Shown here: positions 53,383 through 64,000 of the stretch, in pieces
Layout: the number at the start of each line of letters is the position of its first letter
Numbering within the stretch: position 1 is the stretch's first letter
NCBI GenBank assembly: GCA_964016885.1
Contig: OZ024743.1
Span: forward strand, 365,180,001 to 365,244,000
Reading direction: 5' to 3'
Source of the DNA: Eledone cirrhosa
Taxonomy: Eukaryota
Length of the DNA: 64,000 nucleotides
Made by a program: the position numbers and the translations under genes
Notes under the pieces: model-generated
Told to the model about the DNA's origin: nothing
Database searches by the model: none
Seen by the model: only the letters and a program-made list of their open reading frames with translations

Positions 53383-53719
53383 ATAAAGAAATACACAGGC
53401 ACATGCGAATACATACATATACATAAATATACCCACATATATCCCTGAATTTGTGTGGTGCCAACCTTAACCGATGTTGCTCTATGAATAATCGGGACAA
53501 AATAATCCGAATGGATTAGATTGATTCAATATCAGAGCTATATAATACATTATAAAGAAAGAAGAAACAATATAGATATAATTAATAACATATACCATAC
53601 CTAAATTTCTTCATTATCCTCGACTACGTAGTTTCGTGGCTGATGCAAAAACACTACATCACAGAGATGCAGTAGTTTCTCGCGTCCTACGGACGTGTTT
53701 TGAAACTCTAAATAAGGTC

Positions 53720-53812
53720 TCCTCTTGATAAGTCGGCAAACCTTACAAAAATACTGCATCTCTGTGATGTAGTGTTTTTGCATAATAAGCCACGAAACTA
53801 CGTAGTCGAGGA
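53720..53812 (+). ncRNA. Type I hammerhead, U3-A8 variant, long stem II
   Basis: TCCTC-TTGATAA-GTCGGC...GCCAC-GAAA-CTAC/GTAG-TC-GAGGA. Confidence 0.75.
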
Positions 53813-54302
53813 TAATTAAGAAATTTAGGTATGATATATCTTATTAATTATATCTAATGTTTCTTCCTTCTTTATAATGTATTATATAGCTCTGATATTG
53901 AATCAATCTAATCCATTCGGATTATTTTATCCCGATTGTTCATAGAGCAACAACGGTTAAGTTTGGCACCACACAAACTCAGGGATATATGTGGGTATAT
54001 TCATGTATGTATTCGCATGTGTCTGTGTATTTCTTTATATTGTTTATAACTCCCTATGGTAGAGTAACCATTGAAGTGTAGTGACTGCTGGAAAGCTATC
54101 ATTACTCAAACTTCTCGCCATCCTAGCCATCTGTTCTACGGCCTTAACATAAATACCCCCTCCGCCTTTTGTGGTATTTTTCTCTTGGTTGTAAGAGGCT
54201 TAGCTCTGTTTCTTGACCGCTGTATCACGTGATGGACTCCCCCTCCGCCTTTCGGGATTCTGTCTCGCGTTCTACGGACGTGTTTTGAAACTCTAAATGA
54301 AG

Positions 54303-54399
54303 TATCCTCCTGATAAGTCGGCAAACCTCACAAAAATACTGCAGCTCTGTGATGTAGTGTTTTTGCATAATAAGCCACGAAACTACGTAGTCGAGGATA
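54303..54399 (+). ncRNA. Type I hammerhead, second copy (C3.A8 mismatch)
   Basis: TATCCTC-CTGATAA-GTCGGC...GCCAC-GAAA-CTAC/GTAG-TC-GAGGATA. Confidence 0.7.
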
Positions 54400-54544
54400 A
54401 TTAAGAAATTTAGGTATTCTATATCTTATTAATATATCTAATGTTTCTTCTTTCTTTATAATGTATTATATATATATATATATATATATATAATTACATT
54501 TTTAATTCTAGCCCTAGCACAGCTGATACATAAATGTAAGTATG

Positions 54545-54678
<134 letters not shown>

Positions 54679-54703
54679 CACACACACATATATACATATA
54701 AAC

Positions 54704-54902
54704 ATGTACGTAAGGGTTATATCGAACATTAATAATAATATACGAAGGGTAATGACCCTGAAACATGTTGATTGTTCCTCAATGCCAGTGTTGAACAAAC
54801 GGATGACGATTTGTCATCGGCACGGTACAACTTCAATCGGGTCGTTTGTTTACAGACGAATTGAATATTATTGTTAATGTTCGATATAACCCATACGTAC
54901 AT
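54704..54902 (+). mobile_element. Small fold-back element with an HHR truncated at the inversion junction
   Basis: Arms 54704-54741/54864-54902; ACGA-AGGGT/AATG/ACCCT-GAAA-CATG-TT starts right after the left arm. Confidence 0.7.
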
Positions 54903-54923
54903 ATGTATATGCATATATGTGTG

Positions 54924-54997
<74 letters not shown>

Positions 54998-55125
54998 TAT
55001 ACACATACACCTGTGTGAGGGTATCTGTGTGTGCTTGTGTATTCACATAAATATATACATACATATATACATATACATAGTACATATATATATATACAAA
55101 TACGTATATACATATATATATATAC

Positions 55126-55174
<49 letters not shown>

Positions 55175-55651
55175 TATATCTGTAAATATATTATATAATG
55201 TGTATATATATATATACATATATATATCTGTAAATATATTATATAATGTGTATATATATATATGCATATATATCTGTAAATATATTATATAATGTGTATA
55301 TATATACATATATGTATATATATATCATGTTATATGTATAATTATATACAGTACCGATTGTAGTGTGTAAGCGTAAACTATCATAATTTACACATACCTG
55401 TTCATAAAGACGCGCACACACACGAACACATACATGTATATACAAGAATAGATGCACACATAGACGCATATACATGCTATTTTACTTTTATTGGCTTCAG
55501 TCATTGAACTGCAGCCATGCTGACGACCACCCCCAGGGCTTAATCAATTATCTTGACCCTAGAATTTATATTCGTCTTGAAGATACACTATTGATATCTA
55601 TTTGTTGGTACATCAATAGATATAACATAAAAAGCTTAAACACGAACACTG

Positions 55652-55772
<121 letters not shown>

Positions 55773-56032
55773 ACTCACACCCCCCCCCACATATATATAT
55801 ATTTAAAGCTCAATGTGATTTTATAGTCCACAATAAAATAGGTAAGAGATAGAGAGATAGATCAGATTTTAATCCAATCGGTAAATATCACAGAGCATAT
55901 ATACATCTACAATACGCAATGTCTAAATTCCCACTCACTATTTATATTAACATATGAACACTCCTCACCAGTTTCTACCACTTTATGCATTCATTCCCTC
56001 GTTTTCTGTTTCTAATGGTATGCACAAAACCA

Positions 56033-56128
<96 letters not shown>

Positions 56129-56134
56129 AAAGAG

Positions 56135-56598
56135 CCACACCATCAATGGAGAGTAATATACCAACTTGCTGAGGCAGTTAGGGAAGCCTTTTAAGACCAA
56201 ATGCCCAGGAAAACTGACGAAAGGATCTTGTTTCACGAGGACAAAGCTCCAGCACACAAGTCTTTGATTTCAAAGGCTACTATGTGTGACTGTGGCTTTG
56301 AACTGGTTGATCACCCCCCCTTATTCTCCTGATTTGGGACCACCTTGCTATCAGCTGTTCTCCAACATGAAAAAACACTTGGCTGGGAACCAGTATTGCA
56401 GTGATGATGACATCATATCTGCTGTTGATGACTTTTTTGTGACTCACACGATGAAAACTTCTTCACCAATTTCGACTGCAACACCGATGAAAGAAATGTG
56501 TGGATCGCAAGGTGGACTATATTGAAAACAAACCTCATTTGGTCACATTCCCTGAGAGTATCTTAGTCAGCCTATGAACTTTCCAGCCGACTCTTGTA
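56135..56598 (+). mobile_element. Mariner transposase 3' remnant
   Basis: Frameshifted FHEDKAPAHKS, PPYSPDLGP, LFSNMKKHLAG; ends in a TIR-like sequence plus TA. Confidence 0.88.
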
Positions 56599-56925
56599 CA
56601 TGCACACACGTACATACAAACATTTGGTTTCACTTGCAAACTCGTAATACAAATATATGACTTCATACACATCTACACACACTAACGCAAGCACAAATAT
56701 ATAAAAATATTATATAAAAATATTATATAAAAATTATATTAAAAAATATGATATAAAAATATAATATAAAAATGCATATAGGAATACATGTATTATCCAA
56801 TCGTATGCATGTTTCTATGGCAGGTTAATAAATTAACGAGCCAGAACATATATAATCAAGGTTTAGCAAATAGAGAAAAAGTTTATAAAATAAATTTTAA
56901 AAAGTTCACTGTACTTACTATATTT

Positions 56926-57009
56926 ACCCTTACCACGCGGTTTCAAGTCTCAAAATAAATGGATAACCCATGCGGAATACCATTGAGAAGGAGACTCTCG
57001 TCAGAGGGT
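56926..57009 (-). ncRNA. Type I hammerhead ribozyme with a large stem II loop
   Basis: Minus strand: ACCCT-CTGACGA-GAGTCTC...GAGACTT-GAAA-CC(GCGT)GG-TA-AGGGT. Confidence 0.85.
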
Positions 57010-57605
57010 TCTTCTCGCTCGGAGAATATAAAATTCCCGAGTTCAAATCACGAACTGGCGCCACACAGAACTGTTCCCGGATGAGAGTGTATGATAAAGA
57101 AACAATCTTGTCTAGTGCCGTGTATATATATATATATATATACCGGGGTTACCTCCCTTGCAGATTAACCACGTGAGGTAGTAACTTCACTGCTGCTTCA
57201 TTTGAACCCGGTAGGCGGTTGAGAACAGAAAACCTGTTGACAATGTGGCTACCTTGTTCGATCTTTATATCAAAAGCTTACAACGAAAGCAGACAGTATT
57301 CTTGATTTAGGAGTCGCAGAAACCTCCCCTGGATTTTACCACCGATTTCCAGGATGGTCCAGGTAATTATTTGTTAACCTGTTTAACTTGTTCGTTTTTT
57401 CGGGTGCCGTGGCTTGTGACTTCACAATCACCATTTTCAATTTGTCTGGCCTTTATAACGCATGTTAATTGCTCTAGTTTCTTCCTAGTCCATTGAGCGG
57501 TTGCCGGCATATCTCGAAGATGGCGTTTCGTTTTGTTTTGGCCACCGCCGAAATACGATCCCGCTGAAATTATATTTGTATATATATATATATATATATA
57601 TGTGT

Positions 57606-57703
<98 letters not shown>

Positions 57704-57704
<1 letters not shown>

Positions 57705-58127
57705 ATTAAAAGGTTATTTGTCTCCAATACTAAGACATCTCAATGAATGGATAAAATATACAGATAAGCTATTATCTATTTAGGGGAGTATAAATCAAAC
57801 AGACTAAAATAAGAGTCTCACTCGTATAAATGTCTCCCTATCACGGTTTCAAAAACGGAAGAAACTGTAGCAGTCATTTCAAACCATTGGAACAACCGAT
57901 ACTATAGGAGTTCATTTTTTCGTCGGTTTGGGGGAGCATTGATCATAAAGTATACATACCATTTCGTTGTCGAAACCACGTGCTGTTCAACACGTTCCTT
58001 TGTTGAACTACTAAATGATCAAGTCTCTCTATATATATTAGGTCAATGCGACAATGAATGATATCTTTTCTGTATATTTCATCCATTCATTGAGATCTAA
58101 GTATTAGAGACAAATAACATTTTAATT
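57704..58127. repeat. Old fold-back element, ~65-bp diverged arms
   Basis: 57704-57770 is approximately the reverse complement of 58062-58127. Confidence 0.7.
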
Positions 58128-59073
58128 TATATTAACAACTCCATTCATTGTAGAGTTGATTTAGACGGTTTTTGGCTGTTATTTCTAGCGTCATTAAAAG
58201 CCCATTGCAATGTTCTAATATAAAGAACACGCCAATTCGCTGTCAAAAAGTATTAACTCTTTAAAAAAATCGTAGAGATGAAGTATAATTGTTGAGAAAG
58301 TGATAGAACAAATTAAAGACGCCGAAGAAAACGAATTGAACGAAACAAATGTAATAAGAGATTTCTGACATTAAACTTTATTAATGAAGAAAACATTTGG
58401 ATAATCTCCAAAATATTCAAAATATTCAATTTATCAATATATCAGTTCACACATCTACAAAGAATTATTCAAATGCGAATCTTCCTGTTACACACAAGCA
58501 CACACATACACGCACACACATGTACACTTATCTACGGACACACACACAAACATACAAACTCTTACTTTATGGAAGTTATAAACAATGGAATAAATTCAAT
58601 TACAATCGCATGTCAGGGTATTATTTACATTTTAATCCTAGTAAATATTCAGGGCGCCATTTTCGATGTGCTATGCATGATGATAATAGTTATTTCTAAC
58701 ATTGGCACAAGGCCTGCAATTTAGGAGAAAGGGAAATTCACTTAAATCGACCTCGGTTCTTGACTTGTTCTATACTTTATCGACGTTGGAAAGATGAAAT
58801 GCCAAGTTAATCTCGGCAGGATTTGAATTCAGAGCGTGAAGAGCAGGAACAAATTCAGCAAAGCATTTTACCAACACGAAAATGCGAATATCGATTATAT
58901 CGCCTCCAGTACTTGATTGGTACTTTATTTTATCAAGTTCGGAAGAATGAAAGGCAAAGTTGACAATAATAATTATTCATTCAATAAAAGTAGTTATATT
59001 CAAATTTTCTACCCCAACATACTTAAAACGTTAAAAACTAAGGAAGGGGTTTTCAAAAATACGTGAGGCTAAA

Positions 59074-59207
<134 letters not shown>

Positions 59208-59919
59208 TATATATATATAAATATATATATATATAAATATATATATATACACACACACACACGCACACACACACACACACACATGTGCGTGTGTGCGTGT
59301 GTGCGTGTACGCGTTTAACGTTAGAAATTGTGATATGAACAAAATATACATCATATACGCAAAACAAGTAAAAATATATATTATATAGTGCATAACCATT
59401 TCATATTGATTACACGTATTCTTCTGAAATTGAAATATATAACAGAAAAATGCAATACTAATTTCTTTTGTCGTAATAAATATATTAATTAATAAAAAAA
59501 TATCAAAGAAATAGAAACGTATAGAAATAAATACAATTCCTAAAGAACAATATGGCAATTTTCCTCATGCATGAAGTGTGAATAACACGAGTAAGCCTTT
59601 TCAGTGCAGTCATTATTGAAATATACTCCGGATAATTTGAATACTAATATGCACATTTGAAGTGAGGAGGTGGAAAAGTTGAAAGAATTTTGAATGAAAA
59701 TTAATGTAGTTTTAATAATTAGAATTTAATTACTAACATTTTTAATCAAATTTCTGTTTATAATTTTGTAGGAAAGCGAATTATAAATTTTTTTTTTCAT
59801 TGCGATATGCCTGTATCAACACAATAATTGTTTTCCAGTGCAAACTTTCATTTGCACATTTTGCACCTAAGAATATAATCAATTTTGCAAAAGGAAAGTA
59901 TCGAATATGCATACGTATG

Positions 59920-59999
<80 letters not shown>

Positions 60000-60547
60000 C
60001 CTGTCTATCAGTCTGTACGTATGTATGTATGTGCGTGTATATATGTGTGGGTGTGTGTGGTTTCTATACGTATCCATATATATATTCTATACATTTAAAT
60101 ATATGTGTGTATATATACATTTAGATATATGTGTGTGTGTACATATAATGAATGGGTAGATGCACGTTAACGTATACGAGTCCCCGGCTCGAAAGTCCTC
60201 CGGAACAGACTTGTCAGTTTGATTTTGTCGACGTCCAGTGCCTCTCCGAAACGTTTCGCAATTGCCCACCACCTATCTTCTATAGAACTCTAGAGTGCAA
60301 TTTCCATTGACCCAATTGCCCGTCTAGAAACCCAAGCGTTAACCCCCATTCCGCATCAAAATATATAATGCAGTGAGCCAACAAATTATCATTAAATAAA
60401 TTTATATCCGCAGCGAAGAGAACGAATCCTGAACTCTATGAAGAAACCAACATTTTAATTAATTAAAATTAATTAAACACAGAAGGCGTGAAAACCCAGC
60501 TGCCTATTAGTTAAACCAGCTAACGTAAGCAGAGAGAGAGAGAGAGA

Positions 60548-60607
<60 letters not shown>

Positions 60608-60761
60608 AATACAATATCGGAGAAAGCTTTTTAGCGATACTCCGGCCAAATTCCAACTCACTCAACAAACATTAGGAAATAAGTGATTATATTCCCAATT
60701 ATGTGTTCGGTGTGCTAACTAAAAGTATTGCGTGGAAAATTGGCTGTATTATTTCAAATGA

Positions 60762-60851
<90 letters not shown>

Positions 60852-60935
60852 ATCAAAGATGGTTAAAAGAGTTCCAAGTATTTTATTATGCGCATTTCAA
60901 AAACAAATATCATCATGGGATGATATTTGCGTTCT

Positions 60936-61007
<72 letters not shown>

Positions 61008-61281
61008 GGAATAGAATGAAACGAAATTTCATTTCTCACTCTTAGTACGGCACTTACTTAAATGTAAGTATGTATGTATACGTATATACATATATGTATA
61101 CAGACGTACAGTAGTATGTATATATATACATACATGCACACATATATATATGCACGTATCGGTTTACCGAACATTTATTATAATGCTCGGTTTGTTTGTT
61201 TGTAAACAAACAAACAGCCCAAATTACGCCGTACAGTGTTTAGGCAACCACGTCACCTTTTTCTTCAACACCGACACAGGA

Positions 61282-61324
61282 ACGATGTACTAGTTTCAAG
61301 CTTATTAGCTATCGTCAGCATCGT
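61282..61324 (-). ncRNA. Type I hammerhead ribozyme (family D)
   Basis: Minus strand: ACGATG-CTGACGA-TAGCT/AATA/AGCTT-GAAA-C(TA)G-TA-CATCGT. Confidence 0.9.
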
Positions 61325-61620
61325 ATACCTTCCTGCCAGATGGTTGAACGTCTGAAAGTATATATTTTCCTTATGCATATTAACGGCTGAGCAGCCTAAT
61401 TTGCATATCGAGTGAGTTCAGTCGGCCGGGCACACCGAAAACGATAAATGGAATAGAATATTATATGAAAATGGATGCAGTAAAAACATGTTAGACCATT
61501 ACTCACGAGAGCTACTCGATACTTGGTGAATATGAAAGGGTCGGGACTCCTACGGCTGAGCTCTTGCCGTTTCAACAGCTAGTTCCGAACGGCAAGCATA
61601 AGAAACTAATATAACTGTGT

Positions 61621-61698
<78 letters not shown>

Positions 61699-61701
<3 letters not shown>

Positions 61702-62150
61702 AAAGGTAAACAGAAATAACAACACAATCAGTCCAGTATATGTAAGGGAATTATTAAGTTAACGCTTGATATAGCAGGAAGAGGGTCTTAACGTTTCGGA
61801 CGCTAGTCCTTCGTCAGAAGAAAGCATGAGAAATAAGATAGACTGAGGGGGCGGGCAGGTTGGAATTGGAAAAAATGTCTTTAGATAGAAAAGATTTGAG
61901 ATTGGGCATATTGAAGTTACTAGGGTGGGAGTGAAAAATAGACGGGTGAGAAGAAGGTGGTGTAAGAAGATTGTAGTAGAGGAAAAGTGGTAGAGAGTCG
62001 TGGAATATTTAAATGCAAGAAGCAAAGAACATTTCAATGATACGAAAGATTTCCTGGTGGAAGTTCAGGTGTACTCCGGGTTGGTGTCCAGTTTCGGAGT
62101 GAAAATCCAATTAGAAAATCCAACGAATTGTGAGAGGTCGACGTAAGCGT

Positions 62151-62235
<85 letters not shown>

Positions 62236-62663
62236 AAAGGTACACAGGAATAACAACACAATCGGTACAGTATATGGAAGGGAGATATTAGGTTAACGCT
62301 TGAAATAACGGGAAGAGGGTCTTAACATTTCGGACGCTAGTCCTTCATCAGAAGAAAGAATGAGAAATAAGATAGATTGAGGGGACGGGTGGGTTGGATA
62401 GAAAAGATTTGAGATTGGGCATATTGAAGTTACTAGGGTGGGAGTGAAAAGTAGACGGGTGGAAAGAAGGTGGTGTAAGAAGATTGTAGTAGAGGAAAAG
62501 TGGTAGAGAGTCGTGGAATATTTAAATGCAAGAAGCAAAGAACATTTCAATGATACGAAAGATTTCCTGGTGGAAGTTCAGGTGTACTCCGGGTTGGTGT
62601 CCAGTTTCGGAGTGAAAATCCAATTAGAAAATCCAACGAATTGTGAGAGGTCGACGTAAGCGT

Positions 62664-62732
<69 letters not shown>

Positions 62733-63064
62733 AAAGGTACACAGGAATAACAACACAATCGGTACAGTATATGGAAGGGAGATATTAGGTTAACGCTTGA
62801 AATAACGGGAAGAGGGTCTTAACATTTCGGACGCTAGTCCTTCATCAGAAGAAAGAATGAGAAATAAGATAGATTGAGGGGACGGGTGGGTTGGATAGAA
62901 AAGATTTGAGATTGGGCATATTGAAGTTACTAGGGTGGGAGTGAAAAGTAGACGGGTGGAAAGAAGGTGGTGTAAGAAGATTGTAGTAGAGGAAAAGTGG
63001 TAGAGAGTCGTGGAATATTTAAATGCAAGAAGCAAAGAACATTTCAATGATACGAAAGATTTCC
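61699..63064 (-). repeat. Tandem array of ~2.8 units (~500-530 bp), each with a hammerhead and separated by (TA)n
   Basis: HHRs at 61786-61821, 62320-62355 and 62817-62852: TCTT-CTGA(C/T)GA-A-GGAC/TAGC/GTCC-GAAA-(C/T)G-TT-AAGA. Confidence 0.92.
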
Positions 63065-63389
63065 ATGCTTGCCGAATGCAGAGACACATCTTCCACGGCA
63101 GCATAACAACAAAGGCAAACTATATTTACATGCAAACTTCCTGTCTGTTAAAAACGTATTGAATAATCGTTGAAAAACGACCTTTCTCTACTTTCGAAAT
63201 GTGTATAACAGGATGATGTAATGAAATAAAACAATGTTGAATATGTGATATCATCACTCATCCTATTCTTAATATATATATATACGAGCGAAACTTGCTA
63301 ATATTATTATGTCTAGCTAGTATTCCCCCAATATATGTTTTGGTAATAGATAAACTATGTTTATATATACACATATATATATACACACA

Positions 63390-63523
<134 letters not shown>

Positions 63524-64000
63524 CGTGTCTCTGTGTGTGTCACTGTCTCTGTGTAAAGAGAAACATTGGTGAAGAGAGCGGGGGAAGTGAGAAAAGAAGA
63601 CTGTTTTTATCAATTAAACAATTAAATACAGGTGTTTAAAGCAGTCTATATATACACTGAGTAAATATTTACTCTGCCTATAAAACAGTTTTCACCAAAA
63701 TTAATTTCCGGTGAACTAAGAAATTCCCTTCTTATCTAAAAGAAAACAATAAAAGAATGTGGAGTTCCATATAATAATAATTGTTTTCTACTTTAGCACA
63801 AGGCCAGCAATTATCTCAGTGCATTACTGGTACTTTATTTTAGGAACCCTATATATCTGAAACCACCCAATTCGCCAAGGGTCCCTTCTTTCCAAACCCT
63901 CCAGCCTGCAGGTACATGCTTAGAATAGGTTCATTCACTCGGGTCATCTTCGCTCAGTTAAGCCACCTTTTAACAAATGTACTGGGGAGTAGCACTTCCC

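Larger units (their letters stand above)
53378..54468 (+). mobile_element. Family F element: inverted arm plus >1 tandem unit with two hammerheads 585 nt apart; deleted copy 19941-20087
   Basis: 53378-53675 is the reverse complement of 53748-54043; 53678-53888 is repeated at 54263-54468. Confidence 0.88.

Noticed and set aside
57508-57565. HHR-like CTCGAAGA-T-GGCG...CGCC-GAAA-TACGA-TC; similar weak cases at 11521-11548, 26395-26430, 57935-57990 and 60245-60285
   Set aside because: Broken core and/or no stem I pairing
61699-63064. CRISPR-like or satellite interpretation of the tandem arrays
   Set aside because: Units are ~500 bp with no unique spacers; eukaryotic context, no cas genes

Overview
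Repeat-saturated, AT-rich eukaryotic DNA. The SINE families and (TA)n/(CA)n density suggest an octopus-like coleoid cephalopod (inference). No host protein-coding gene is supportable, and most ORF-track entries are microsatellite translations. Real coding remnants all belong to transposons: a near-intact Penelope-like element (PLE; RT + GIY-YIG, one homopolymer frameshift), a decayed Naiad-type PLE, two R4/Dong-type RT-RLE LINEs, CRE-type and RTE fragments, and mariner remnants. Non-coding mobile elements include a non-autonomous Helitron and many tRNA-derived SINEs. The most striking signal is non-coding. Read by eye, the window holds about 25-30 type I hammerhead ribozyme (HHR) motifs, roughly a dozen with intact cores and the rest half or decayed, from several unrelated sequence families. 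Nearly all lie in short elements docked in (TA)n tracts. Many of these elements are fold-back palindromes whose turn falls on a ribozyme helix, including a perfect 126-bp palindrome carrying one HHR on each strand. In ten copies the predicted cleavage site sits about 89-109 nt from the (TA)n junction. Some copies are tandem or circularly permuted, as expected of retrozyme-like circular RNA templates. All folds were derived by hand; activity and novelty are untested.
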